64,000 bases of DNA from Myxococcota bacterium (GCA_036149055.1 JAYZQJ010000069.1:64001-128000); one strand, 5' to 3'. Counted from the first letter of the stretch, positions 1-10,017 are shown. The notes: generated by a model not told the origin, from the sequence alone. A program made the numbers and translations.

Positions 1-346
1 CGTGATCGGGCGAGTCGAGCAGCACCCGGGCCCGGCGGGTGGTCCCGCTCGAGAAGCGGATCTCGAGGCCGTAGCGGCGCGCGGGGCGGATCACGTGCGA
101 GTTCGTCACGATCCAGCGCTCGTCCCCAGTCACGAACCCCGATCCGGTGGAGGGGCCGCTCACCACCGACACCGTCGACTCCTGGAGGCGTCGGGCCACC
201 TCGATGCGGCGCTGCTCGGCCTGCTGGGCCTCGGCGGAAGCCGGGGCGAGCGTGGGCGCGGCGAGGAGGGCCGCGAGCGTGGTCATGACGCCGAGCGTCG
301 CGGCGCGAGCGGCCGCGCGGCGGGGGTTGTCGTCGTACATCCTCAT
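1..346 (-). CDS. Trypsin-like serine protease (HtrA/S1C family), N-terminal part; runs off window
   Basis: Manual minus-strand translation (not in ORF track): M(RM)YDDNPRR...LAALLAAPTLAPASAEAQ signal peptide, then GSGFVTGDERWIVTNSHVI (catalytic His motif). Confidence 0.8.
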   Translation of the reverse strand, partial: MRMYDDNPRRAAARAATLGVMTTLAALLAAPTLAPASAEAQQAEQRRIEVARRLQESTVSVVSGPSTGSGFVTGDERWIVTNSHVIRPARRYGLEIRFSSGTTRRARVLLDSPDH

Positions 347-517
347 CGCTCCATAGATGGCCATGTGGCCGGGTCGATTCAACGTCCAGCCCTTCGGGGC
401 CGAGAACCGGCGACGTTTCCGGCCGATTCCATGTTATTGCGAGCCCCCTGGGGGACGGGGTAGCCTCCCGGGAGGGCACGGCACCCGCCGATTTGGGCCC
501 GCCGAGGAATCATCACG

Positions 518-1276
518 GTGAAGAGGTACGGCGTCGGATTGACCGACATCGGGCGGCGGAGGATGTCGAACGAGGATGCATTCATCCTCGACAACGACAT
601 CGGCCTCTACGTCGTCGCCGATGGCATGGGCGGCCACGCGGCCGGTGAGGTCGCGAGCCAGGAGGCCGTGGACACGGTGCTCGGCATGGTGCGGCGCGGC
701 TACGCCTCGGTGGAGCAGTTCCAGCAGGAGGGGCCGACCGGCGACAACGTGCGCGGCGTCCAGCGCCTGCTCGAGAGCGCGGTCCAGGCGGCCACCTACA
801 TGGTGTTCGCGATCGCCGAGAACGACCCCGACCAGAAGGGCATGGGCACGACCGTCAGCGCCCTGCTCGTCATGGAGTCGCACGCGGTGGTGGCCCAGGT
901 CGGGGACAGCCGCGTCTACCTCGTCCGCGAGAACAAGGTCTACCAGCTCACCGAGGACCACACCCTGGTGGCCTGGCAGGTGAAGCAGGGGATCATCAGC
1001 GAGGCCGAGGCCGCGCTGAGCCCCCACAAGAACGTGATCACCCGCGCCGTCGGGAGCCGCGACTACGTCCAGGTGGACACCCAGTGCATCGAGGTGGGCC
1101 CCGGCGACCGGTTCCTCGTCTGCTCGGACGGCCTGCACGGCTACCTCACCGACGAGGAGATCCCGGCCATCCTCGCCCTCGGCCCCGAGGTCGCGGTCAG
1201 CCGGCTCATCGACGTCGCCAACGCCCGCGGCGGGCGCGACAACATCACCGCGGTGGTCGTCGAAGTCGCCGAGTGA
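518..1276 (+). CDS. PP2C-family Ser/Thr protein phosphatase
   Basis: NEDAF, VADGMGGHAAGEVAS, GMGTT, VGDSR, CSDGL, GGRDNIT motifs. Confidence 0.95.
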   Translation: MKRYGVGLTDIGRRRMSNEDAFILDNDIGLYVVADGMGGHAAGEVASQEAVDTVLGMVRRGYASVEQFQQEGPTGDNVRGVQRLLESAVQAATYMVFAIAENDPDQKGMGTTVSALLVMESHAVVAQVGDSRVYLVRENKVYQLTEDHTLVAWQVKQGIISEAEAALSPHKNVITRAVGSRDYVQVDTQCIEVGPGDRFLVCSDGLHGYLTDEEIPAILALGPEVAVSRLIDVANARGGRDNITAVVVEVAE

Positions 1277-2572
1277 TCAGGGCGCCCGCGGGAGCCCGCG
1301 GAGCCCTCGCGGCACCTGCTCCAGATCGCGGTAGCGCTCGTAGAGCTGCGTCTGGCGGGTCGTCAGCGGCACGCTCTCGCCGCGGATGAAGACCTGGCGG
1401 GCCCAGGTGGTCACCTCGAACGGGTCGCCGGTCCAGACGACCAGGTTGGCCACCCGGCCGGCGGCGATCGTGCCGTAGTCGTCGTCGACCCCGAACACGC
1501 GCGCCGGCTCGAGGGTGAGGGCCCGGAGCGCCACGTCGGCCGGCAGCCCGGAGGCGACCGCGTTGCCCGCCTCCTGCCGGAGGTTGCGCAACTCGTGCGC
1601 GCCCTCGGTGGTGATGATGAGCGGCACCCCGGCCGCGTGCAGGAGCGCGGCGTTGTCGTAGCGCGCGTGCAGCTGGCTGAACTGCGCCGGCAGGTTCGTC
1701 ATCGGCTGGAGGATCACCGGGACGTCCGCGGCCGCGATCTGCGCCGCGACCATCCAGCCCTCCTCGGCCCCGGCCAGCACCAGCCGCACGCCCTGCTCGC
1801 GGGCGAAGGCGAGCACCCGGAGGATGTCGTGCGAGCGGGACACCCGCACGACCACCGGGAAGTCGCCGCCGAGCGCCTCGGACATGCGCTCGAGATCCAG
1901 CCTCGAGATCGACAGCTCGCGCAGCCCGCGCCGATCGAACGAGGCCCGGCGCTGGCGATAGAGGCGCGCGTCGTCGAACGCCTCGCGCAGCCGGTTGAGC
2001 GCGCTCGAGCGAGCCCCGCCGCCCTCGCGGATCCCGCCGTCGCCCAGGTCCACGTGCAGGGCCGCGCGCTCCTCGACCAGGAGGCGGTCGAGGGTGGCGC
2101 CGCGCAGGTCGAGCCAGGCGCTGGTGCCGCTCACCAGCCCGCCCGAGGGCGTCGAGACCACGCTGGTCACGCCCCACCGGCGGGCGACCGGGATGAGGGT
2201 CGAGGTCGGGTTGTAGCCGTCGACCACCGAGAACGACGCGCGGATCGGATCGGCGTCGTCGTCCTCGGGCGCCTCGTCGACCGTCGAGGGCTCGAGCCCG
2301 ATCTCGACGAGCCCGAGCGGCACCTGCGTCCCGACGAAGCCGGGGGTGATCGTGGCGCCCTGGCAGTCGAGCACCTCCGCGCCCGCCGGCGCCGCCCCAC
2401 CCGCGGTGACGCTGACGATGCGGTCCCCACGGATCACGACGGTGGCGTCCTCGATCGGCGCGCCGTCGCCGGGCAAGACCGTGCCGCCGACGAGGGCGAT
2501 CGGCGCGGGCGCCTGCGCGGCCGCCGGCGCGGCGAGCAGGGAGGCCAGCAAGGTGAGCGTGCAGCGCCTCAT
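1277..2572 (-). CDS. Secreted amidohydrolase-fold protein, probably lacking metal site
   Basis: Start MRRCTLTLL at ATGA overlap with upstream gene; signal peptide; amidohydrolase fold (GTIAAGRVANLVVWTGDPF) but HxH replaced by GTQVPLG. Confidence 0.85.
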   Translation of the reverse strand: MRRCTLTLLASLLAAPAAAQAPAPIALVGGTVLPGDGAPIEDATVVIRGDRIVSVTAGGAAPAGAEVLDCQGATITPGFVGTQVPLGLVEIGLEPSTVDEAPEDDDADPIRASFSVVDGYNPTSTLIPVARRWGVTSVVSTPSGGLVSGTSAWLDLRGATLDRLLVEERAALHVDLGDGGIREGGGARSSALNRLREAFDDARLYRQRRASFDRRGLRELSISRLDLERMSEALGGDFPVVVRVSRSHDILRVLAFAREQGVRLVLAGAEEGWMVAAQIAAADVPVILQPMTNLPAQFSQLHARYDNAALLHAAGVPLIITTEGAHELRNLRQEAGNAVASGLPADVALRALTLEPARVFGVDDDYGTIAAGRVANLVVWTGDPFEVTTWARQVFIRGESVPLTTRQTQLYERYRDLEQVPRGLRGLPRAP

Positions 2573-4095
2573 CGGTCGCCCTCCGGCGCGAGCTCCAGAT
2601 CCTGCCCGACCTCGAAGTCGGTGCGATACACGGGGTTCGGCGCCGCGCGGTCGTAGACGCGCTGCCCGTCGATGAACACGAGGTCCGCCCGGGCGTAGAC
2701 GCTGAACGGGTTCCGGTTCCAGACGACGACGTCGGCCATCTTGCCGGCCTCGAGCGACCCCGTCTGCTCGTGGATGCCGAGCGCCCAGGCCGGGTTGATG
2801 GTGATCCATCGCAAGGCTTGATCCTCGGTGATCGGGATCCCCGCGCGCCGGCCGGCGGTCATCGCCTTGGCCGCCTCCTGGTTGAGCCGCTGCACCAGCA
2901 TCGCGCTGTCCGAGTGGAGGATGCCCCGCGCGCCCGCCTGGGTGAGCAGCGGCAGGTTCTCCTCGATGGTGTCGTAGGCCTCGAGCTTGAAGCCCCACCA
3001 GTCGGCCCAGGTGCTCACCGAGACGTCGTGGCGCGCGAGCAGGTCGCGGATCTTGTAGGCCTCGACCGCGTGATGGAACGAACGGATGCGGAAGCCGAGC
3101 TCCTGGCCGACCTCGATCATGCGCGCCATCTCGTCGGCGCGGTAGCAGTGCATCTGGACCAGCACCCGCCCCTGGATGGCGCCGAGCAGACGCTCGAGGC
3201 CGAAGTCGCGCTCGGGGGGCAGCGGCGCCGGACCGGGATCGCTCGGGCCGTCCCCCGGGTCGGCCGCGTTCGGGTCGATCTCCCCCGCGGCGACCGCGGC
3301 GTCGTAGCGCTGACGATCCCGCTGCCAGCTCTGGTGCTCGGCCTGCCACTCCTCGAAGCCGCGCCCATACTCGATCGCGTCCTGGAACGCGGCGCGGTAG
3401 CCGTGCACGTTGCCCATGCGGGTCATCGGCGCGGACTGCCGCCCGCTCCCGTACACCCGCTTGGGGTTCTCGCCGCAAGCCATCTTGAGCGTCTCCGGCG
3501 CGCCGGGGAACTCCATCTCGCTCACCGAGCGGCCGAGGTGGAGCTTCACGATGGCGCCCGCGCCGCCGATGAGGTTGCCCGAGCCCGGCAGCACCTGGAT
3601 GGTCGTGACCCCGCCGGCCACCGCGCGCGGGAGCTGAGGATCCTGCGGCCAGAACGCGTCGGCGGCCCGCATCCCGGGGGTCACCGGGTCGACCATCTCG
3701 TTGCCGTCGGCCGTCGCGCGCACGTGCGGGCTCGGGTAGACGCCCATGTGCGAGTGATCATCGATGAGCCCCGGGGTCACGAAGCGCCCCGAGACGTCGA
3801 TGACCTCGGCGCCGTCCGGCACTGGCACCTCGTCGCGCGCCCCCACCGCGTGGAGCCGGCCGTTCTCCATCACGACGACGCCGTCTTCGACGGTCCGCCC
3901 GGCCGCGGTCATCACCGTGCCCCCGACGAGGGCGACGAGCGGCGACGCGACGGCCGGCGGATCGCTCGGCTGACGCTCCCAGGGGAGCGGCGGCGGCGCG
4001 GGCGGCTCGAGGTCGGCCGCGGACCGCGCGTCGGGCGGGCCCCCGCACGCGACGGCCGCGATCAGCAGTAGAGGGAAGAGGCGCTTCGGGGTCAT
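2569..4095 (-). CDS. Amidohydrolase family lipoprotein
   Basis: Lipobox AVAC; TPGLIDDHSH, KMACGENPKR, HCYRADE, FHHAVEAY, GSLEAGKMADVVVW. Confidence 0.9.
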   Translation of the reverse strand: MTPKRLFPLLLIAAVACGGPPDARSAADLEPPAPPPLPWERQPSDPPAVASPLVALVGGTVMTAAGRTVEDGVVVMENGRLHAVGARDEVPVPDGAEVIDVSGRFVTPGLIDDHSHMGVYPSPHVRATADGNEMVDPVTPGMRAADAFWPQDPQLPRAVAGGVTTIQVLPGSGNLIGGAGAIVKLHLGRSVSEMEFPGAPETLKMACGENPKRVYGSGRQSAPMTRMGNVHGYRAAFQDAIEYGRGFEEWQAEHQSWQRDRQRYDAAVAAGEIDPNAADPGDGPSDPGPAPLPPERDFGLERLLGAIQGRVLVQMHCYRADEMARMIEVGQELGFRIRSFHHAVEAYKIRDLLARHDVSVSTWADWWGFKLEAYDTIEENLPLLTQAGARGILHSDSAMLVQRLNQEAAKAMTAGRRAGIPITEDQALRWITINPAWALGIHEQTGSLEAGKMADVVVWNRNPFSVYARADLVFIDGQRVYDRAAPNPVYRTDFEVGQDLELAPEGDR

Positions 4096-4144
4096 GGCGG
4101 CGCGAGCATCGCACAGCCCTCTCCGCGCGATCCATCGCCCCCGG

Positions 4145-5209
4145 TCAGGGCGCGGCGCCGGCGCGCTCGAACATGAGGTCCATGTTGAGCACCGCCCCCG
4201 CCTGCATGCCGGTCGCCGCCGCGGCCACCGCCGCCTGCATGCGCGTGGTCAGGTCGCCGGCCGCGTAGACGCCCGGGGTCGAGGTCTCGCGCGTCCGCGG
4301 GTCGGCGACGACGAAGCCGTGCGCGTCGAGCTCGAGGCCCAGCCGTCGGACGAGCTCCACCTGCCGCTGCGGGGGGTGCGCGAAGAGCACCTCGCACGCG
4401 ACGCGGCCACCGTCGGCGAGCTCCACCGCCTCGAGGCGGCGCCCGTCCCCCACCAGGCGAGCGATCGGGCGCTCCTCGACCCGGACGCCGGCGCGATCCA
4501 GCGCGCCGCGCGCCTCGTCGGGGATCCCGCCCTCGCCCCCGGTGAAGAGCGTCACCTCGTCCGTCCACGCCGGCAGCTGCAGCGCGAACGGGAGGACGTG
4601 GCCGCCGGGATCGCCGAGGACCAGGAAGCCCCAGGGGCGGTCTCGCGCCTCCCAGCCGTGGCAGTAGGGGCACTGGAAGACGGCGTGCCCCCAGTGCTCC
4701 CGGAAGCCCTCGAGCGGGAGCATCTCGTCGATCATGCCGGTGCAGATCAGCACGCGGCGCGCCTCGACGCGCGCGTCGGCCAGGACGGCCCGGAAAGCGC
4801 CGCGCTCGCCTTCGATGGACTCGACCCGGGCGTCCCGGATCTCCACGTCGGGGTAGGCGGCGAGCTGCGCGCGGGCCACCCGCCGGAGCTCGGCCGGCGG
4901 GACCCCGTCGCGCGACAGGAAGTTGTGCACCTCGGAGGCGGCGGCGTTGCGGGGCGGCCCGGCGTCGCAGAGCAGCACCCGCTTGCGCGCCCGCCCGAGC
5001 GCGAGGGCCGCCGACAGACCGGCCGGGCCGCCGCCCACGATCAGGACGTCATGGGGGCCGTCCGGCCGACGCCGCGGGGGAGCCGGGACCGGGCCGCGGG
5101 GCGCGGGGCCCGACGCGCAGCCGGGGACGACCACGGCGGCGCCCAGGGCGGCGCTCGACTGGAGCCAGCGGCGCCGGGAGAAGGGGACATCATCGGAGGG
5201 GTGGGTCAT
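4145..5209 (-). CDS. Thioredoxin-reductase-like FAD oxidoreductase with Tat/lipoprotein signal
   Basis: SRRRWL..VVVPGC N-terminus; IVGGGPAG, CPYC, TSTPGVYAAGD. Confidence 0.85.
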   Translation of the reverse strand: MTHPSDDVPFSRRRWLQSSAALGAAVVVPGCASGPAPRGPVPAPPRRRPDGPHDVLIVGGGPAGLSAALALGRARKRVLLCDAGPPRNAAASEVHNFLSRDGVPPAELRRVARAQLAAYPDVEIRDARVESIEGERGAFRAVLADARVEARRVLICTGMIDEMLPLEGFREHWGHAVFQCPYCHGWEARDRPWGFLVLGDPGGHVLPFALQLPAWTDEVTLFTGGEGGIPDEARGALDRAGVRVEERPIARLVGDGRRLEAVELADGGRVACEVLFAHPPQRQVELVRRLGLELDAHGFVVADPRTRETSTPGVYAAGDLTTRMQAAVAAAATGMQAGAVLNMDLMFERAGAAP

Positions 5210-5291
5210 GGCGCGTTCATCGCGCGCCCCTCCCCTCCCGCGTAGAGCGCGGTTTGCGCCGAAATCGGCGGCGCCTTCGATCCGCCGCCGA

Positions 5292-6140
5292 TCAGCCCCG
5301 CGCGCCGCCCTGATGGCGCCGGGTCGCTCGCCAGCTCGCGGGCGTGCACCCGTGCGCTCTCCGGAACATCCGGATGAAGTGGGTGGGATCCGCGTACCCG
5401 ACCCGCTCCGCGATGACGTCGACCATCTCGTCGGTGTGCACGAGCCGGCGCCGGGCCTCCGCGAGCCTGCCGCTGATGATCCACTCGGTCCCCGCGCGGC
5501 CGGTGGTCCGGCGCACCACCGGCGAGACGTGGGAGGGCGAGCGCCCCACCGCCGCCGCGACGTCGCGCAGCGACAGCGGCCCCAGGCAGTGCCGCTCGAT
5601 GAACCGCAGCGCGTCGCTCGCGAGCCCCACGGGCGCGCCCGTGGAGGCGGCCGGCGGCATCGAGCGCGTGACCTCCGCGAGGATGAGCGCGAGCAGGCTC
5701 TTCGCGACGAGCTCCGTGTGGGGCGTCGGCGGCGCGCTCGTCTCGCGCTCCAGCTCCGCGCACAGATCGGAGAGGTGCTGCTGCCGAGGCCCCGGCACGC
5801 GGGTGACCTTCGCCGCGCCGGCGGCGGCCCGGGTGAACGGATCGAGCAGCGACGCGAGCTCGGTGGGGGCGTAGCAGGCCGGGCAGAAGCCGACGCCCCA
5901 GACTTCGGGCGCGCGGGCCGTCGTGACGCCGTGTCGGGCGCCGGCCGGCACCAGGTACACGTCCCCGGCCCGCACGACGAAGCGCTCGCCCTGATGCACG
6001 ACCGCGCTGCCGGCCGTGAAGAACGCGAGCGCCATGAAGTCGTGGACCGCCTCGGTCGGCAGGGAGCGCGACGCGTCGAGGGACTGGCGCTGCGCCCACA
6101 CGGGGCGCGGGTGCGCGAGCGGGGCAGCGGAGGCGCTCAT
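5292..6140 (-). CDS. AraC family transcriptional regulator
   Basis: N-terminal cupin-like region; C-terminal IAERVGYADPTHFIRMFRRAHGCTPASWR. Confidence 0.93.
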   Translation of the reverse strand: MSASAAPLAHPRPVWAQRQSLDASRSLPTEAVHDFMALAFFTAGSAVVHQGERFVVRAGDVYLVPAGARHGVTTARAPEVWGVGFCPACYAPTELASLLDPFTRAAAGAAKVTRVPGPRQQHLSDLCAELERETSAPPTPHTELVAKSLLALILAEVTRSMPPAASTGAPVGLASDALRFIERHCLGPLSLRDVAAAVGRSPSHVSPVVRRTTGRAGTEWIISGRLAEARRRLVHTDEMVDVIAERVGYADPTHFIRMFRRAHGCTPASWRATRRHQGGARG

Positions 6141-6168
6141 GCCCTCAGCCTAGGCGGCGCTCGACGCA

Positions 6169-6187
6169 GATGCAATTGGGTTACATC
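6169..6187. promoter_or_regulatory. Imperfect 8-3-8 palindrome GATGCAAT-TGG-GTTACATC, candidate operator (Zur/Fur-like or autoregulatory)
   Basis: AT-rich inverted repeat between divergent araC and zinT-like genes. Confidence 0.4.
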
Positions 6188-6311
6188 AGCGCCCAGAGTG
6201 AGGACGCCGCAACATGCGCCGATTCGACCACGCGAGGCGCTCTACCGGGCCGGCGGGCGTCGACGCAGAAGTGGGCTCCCGAGAATCCACTCACGACGGA
6301 GACCCCGACCG

Positions 6312-6896
6312 ATGCGCACCCGACTCTTCCTGTCCGCCGCGATCCTCGCGAGCCTCACCGGCTGCGAGGCGAGCGCCTCCCCGCTCCTGCTGTGGGAGGG
6401 CCGCTGGCAGGCGGCCGAGCCCCTCTTCCTCGACCCCGCGGCCGACTCCGCCTACCTGGCGGTGCAGGAGCTGCGGCCGGGGTACGAGCTCGACGAGATC
6501 CGCGCGATCGTCGCCGCGAGCTCGGACGTCGACTACACGTCGCTCGAGGTGACGGCGGACACGCTCACCTTCCTCGACGGAGCCGAGACGCTCTGCGCGG
6601 GACGGTACGCAGCCGCCGGCCCCGACGCGGGCGGGACGCCGGGCGCCGCCGAGCACCTCACCCTGGTCGAGACGATCGAGGGCGACTGCGGCCCCTACCG
6701 CTCCGCCTCGCTCGGCGGGCTCGTGCCGGAGGGCGACGACGTGCACTTCCACATCGTCACCGGCCCCGCGTCGGGGCCCTCCATGCCTCCCCCCTGGAAC
6801 CCCTCGGTCTGGAGCGAGACGATGACCCCCGAGCGCTTCGCCGCCGGGCTCGAGGCCGCCGCGCCGAACATCGCCAACCTGCTGCCCGAGCGGTGA
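6312..6896 (+). CDS. ZinT/YodA-like lipoprotein
   Basis: Lipobox LTGC; WEGRWQAAEPLF, HFHIVTG and WNPSVW resemble ZinT WDGVWQSVYPLL, HFHIFMG and NWPTYY. Confidence 0.6.
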   Translation: MRTRLFLSAAILASLTGCEASASPLLLWEGRWQAAEPLFLDPAADSAYLAVQELRPGYELDEIRAIVAASSDVDYTSLEVTADTLTFLDGAETLCAGRYAAAGPDAGGTPGAAEHLTLVETIEGDCGPYRSASLGGLVPEGDDVHFHIVTGPASGPSMPPPWNPSVWSETMTPERFAAGLEAAAPNIANLLPER

Positions 6897-6955
6897 CGCC
6901 AGCGCGGCGCCCGCCTCGGCGTGGCGGCGGCGCGATGCGGTGGTAGCTCTCCCGC

Positions 6956-7744
6956 ATGGCCCCCGAGGCAGGCACCGTCGAGCGCTGGGCGTGGGAGCTC
7001 GTGCACGCGACCACGCTCGCCGACAAGCTGACCCCGCCGCCGCGCCCCGATCGGTGGGAGGTCGCGCCGCCGCCGCGCCCCGAGGTCCGCCCGGGCCGTC
7101 CGCCCGAGCTCGACCTGCTGTCGCGACCTCCGAAGACCCCGAAGGCGGGAGCGCTCCGGGACCCGCGCAAGCGCGCTCAGCTCCTCCACACCTTCCTCCA
7201 CCACGAGCTGCAGGCGGCGGAGCTGATGAGCTGGGCGCTGCTCGCCTTCCCCGAGACCCCGCGCGCGTTCCGCCGGGGGCTGATGGCCATCGCCGACGAC
7301 GAGCTGCGCCACACCCGGCTCTACGCCGCGCACATCGAGCGGCTCGGCGCCGCGGTCGGTGACTTCGGGGTGCGGGACTGGTTCTGGGAGCGGGTCCCGA
7401 CGGTCACCTCCCCGGCCGCGTTCGTCGCGCTGCTCGGCGTGGGCTTCGAGGGGGCCAACCTCGATCACAGCGCGCGCTTCGCGCGGCTCTTCCGCGAGGC
7501 GGGCGACGAGGCGGGGGCGCGGCTCCAGGAGCAGGTGGGCCGCGAAGAGGAGCCGCACGTGCGCTTCGCGATCCGCTGGTTCGAGCGCTTCGCCGGCGGG
7601 CTCGAGTGGGAGCGCTGGCTCGCGCACCTGCCGCCGCCGCTCACCCCCATCGTGATGCGGGGCGCGCCGATCGTGCGGGACGCCCGGCGCCGCGCGGGCA
7701 TGAGCGAGTCGTTCCTGGACGCGCTCGAGGCGTTCGCGCCGTGA
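6956..7744 (+). CDS. DUF455 ferritin-like di-iron protein
   Basis: PGRP, HTFLHHELQAAEL, DELRH, EGANLD, EEEPHV ligand pattern. Confidence 0.85.
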   Translation: MAPEAGTVERWAWELVHATTLADKLTPPPRPDRWEVAPPPRPEVRPGRPPELDLLSRPPKTPKAGALRDPRKRAQLLHTFLHHELQAAELMSWALLAFPETPRAFRRGLMAIADDELRHTRLYAAHIERLGAAVGDFGVRDWFWERVPTVTSPAAFVALLGVGFEGANLDHSARFARLFREAGDEAGARLQEQVGREEEPHVRFAIRWFERFAGGLEWERWLAHLPPPLTPIVMRGAPIVRDARRRAGMSESFLDALEAFAP

Positions 7745-8568
7745 GCCCCGCCCCGCGCGCCTGGGTGCTGAACCTCGACGCCGACCGGGAGCTCGCGCTC
7801 GGGCCCGACCACCCTCGATCGACCGCGCTCCGCGCGCAGCTCCACGCCCACGCCGCGCCGGTGGCCGCCACCCTCCCCGCCGGCGACGTCTGGGTCGACG
7901 GGCCGGGGGATCCCCGCGGGCTCGAGGGCCGCTGCTGGTGCCCGACGCCGAGCGCGCGGGCCCGCCTGAGCGAGGTCGCCGCCCGCCTCTCCGCGCACGA
8001 CCCGCCGTTCGAGGTGCTCCGTCGCGTCAACGGCCGCAGCTTCTCGCACCGCCTCTGCCCGCTCGAGGGCGAGCGCGCGCTCCACGACCCGGACGCGGCC
8101 CGACGCACGCTCGAGCGCGGCCACTGGATGGTGCACCGCGAGCACACCTTCGCCGGGCGCGGCCACCGCTTCGTGCACGGGCCGCCCACCGCCGAGGACC
8201 TCGGCTGGATCGACAAGGGGCTCACCCTCGGCCCGCTCTTCGCGGCGCCCCGGCTCGCGCTGGAGCTCGAGGTCGCGCTGCACGGCCACGTGCGCCCGGG
8301 CGGGGGCGTCGATCGGGGCGTGGTGACCGCGCAGGAGGTCGATCGCGGGCAGTGGCGCCGGTCCGTGCGCGCCGAGGGGGCGCTGCGCGCGGACGAGGCC
8401 CGGGCCCTGGAGCGCGCCTTCGAGGCGGTGGCCGCCGCGCTGATCGACGCCGGCTACACCGGCCCCTTCGGCCTCGACGCCTTCCGGCACGCCGGCGGCT
8501 TCCACCCCCTGAGCGAGCTCAACGCCCGCTACTCGATGGGCTACCCGGTCGGCATGGGTGGCTGGTGA
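7741..8568 (+). CDS. Divergent ATP-grasp-like protein
   Basis: GTGA overlap with DUF455 gene; FAGRG loop, GYTGPFGLDAF, SELNARYSMG. Confidence 0.6.
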   Translation: MSPAPRAWVLNLDADRELALGPDHPRSTALRAQLHAHAAPVAATLPAGDVWVDGPGDPRGLEGRCWCPTPSARARLSEVAARLSAHDPPFEVLRRVNGRSFSHRLCPLEGERALHDPDAARRTLERGHWMVHREHTFAGRGHRFVHGPPTAEDLGWIDKGLTLGPLFAAPRLALELEVALHGHVRPGGGVDRGVVTAQEVDRGQWRRSVRAEGALRADEARALERAFEAVAAALIDAGYTGPFGLDAFRHAGGFHPLSELNARYSMGYPVGMGGW

Positions 8569-8580
8569 GAGGGACGACGC

Positions 8581-9105
8581 TCACTCGGCGAGGGCGCGCT
8601 CGCGGCGCTTCGCCCGCTCGACCACCGGGGCCATGCGCTTCTGCGCGTCGGGCGGCTCGATCAGGGTGACCTGGTCGTGCTCGGGGTGCTGGCTCATGCG
8701 CTCCAGATAGAGCTCCATCGCCCGCTCGGGCTCGATCGCGCCCGTGCTCCGCCCGGGGAGGCCGACCACCGAGACCCGCACCCGGGCCCGGTCGAGGGTC
8801 ACGAGCATGCGCTCCACCACGCGGTCGAAGACGGCGTCGTCGAGCTCCGACAGCGCGCCCGCCCCGAAGAGGAAGAGCTTGTCGTAGGTCAGCCGCGGGC
8901 GGGTCGGAATGAGCACCGCCTCGTCGGTCGCGCCGGTCGCGTGCCCGCGCAGGATCAGGCGAGAGACCTGCCCGCAGAGGCGCCAGTCCAGGAGCCCGAG
9001 CGCGCCCCGGAGCGGGCGCACGTCGGTGAAGAAGGGGAGCGCGATGGCCTCGCACTTCAGCTCGTCGAGCCGGCGCAGATCCGGCGGGACGAAGCGGACC
9101 TCCAT
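8581..9105 (-). CDS. Stand-alone peptidase M17 N-terminal (macro-like) domain protein
   Basis: DVRPLRGALGLLDWRLCGQVSRLI, LFLFGAG; no catalytic M17 domain. Confidence 0.75.
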   Translation of the reverse strand: MEVRFVPPDLRRLDELKCEAIALPFFTDVRPLRGALGLLDWRLCGQVSRLILRGHATGATDEAVLIPTRPRLTYDKLFLFGAGALSELDDAVFDRVVERMLVTLDRARVRVSVVGLPGRSTGAIEPERAMELYLERMSQHPEHDQVTLIEPPDAQKRMAPVVERAKRRERALAE

Positions 9106-9515
9106 CAGTCCTTCCCGAGGTCGCTCGCGATGCGGTCGAGCACGCCGTTGACGAAGCCCGCGGAGCCCTCGCTCCCGAAGCGCTTGGCCAGCTCCACCGC
9201 CTCGTTCAGCGTGACCCGCCGCGGCACGTCGTCCATGGCGATGAGCTCGTAGGTGGCGATCCGGAGGATGTTCCGGTCCACCTTCGCCATGCGCTCGAGC
9301 CGCCAGTGCTGGCTGACCTCACGGATGATCCCGTCGATGCGCTCGCTCTGCGCGGCCCAGCCCCGGACGATCTCGGTGGCGAAGTCCTCGCCCTCCCGGT
9401 TCGCGCCGAGGTAGGCCCAGTAGGAGTGCACCGCCTGCTCGGCGGTCACGCCGGAGACGTCGATCTGATAGAGCATCTGGAGCGCGGCTTCGCGCCCTCT
9501 GCGACGACTGCCCAT
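9105..9515 (-). CDS. nusB: Transcription antitermination factor NusB
   Basis: RRRGREAALQMLY, WRLERMAKVDRNILR, NEAVELAKRFG, FVNGVLD. Confidence 0.97.
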   Translation of the reverse strand: MGSRRRGREAALQMLYQIDVSGVTAEQAVHSYWAYLGANREGEDFATEIVRGWAAQSERIDGIIREVSQHWRLERMAKVDRNILRIATYELIAMDDVPRRVTLNEAVELAKRFGSEGSAGFVNGVLDRIASDLGKD

Positions 9516-9524
9516 GCTCGTCTC

Positions 9525-10010
<486 letters not shown>

Positions 10011-10017
10011 GGGCTTC

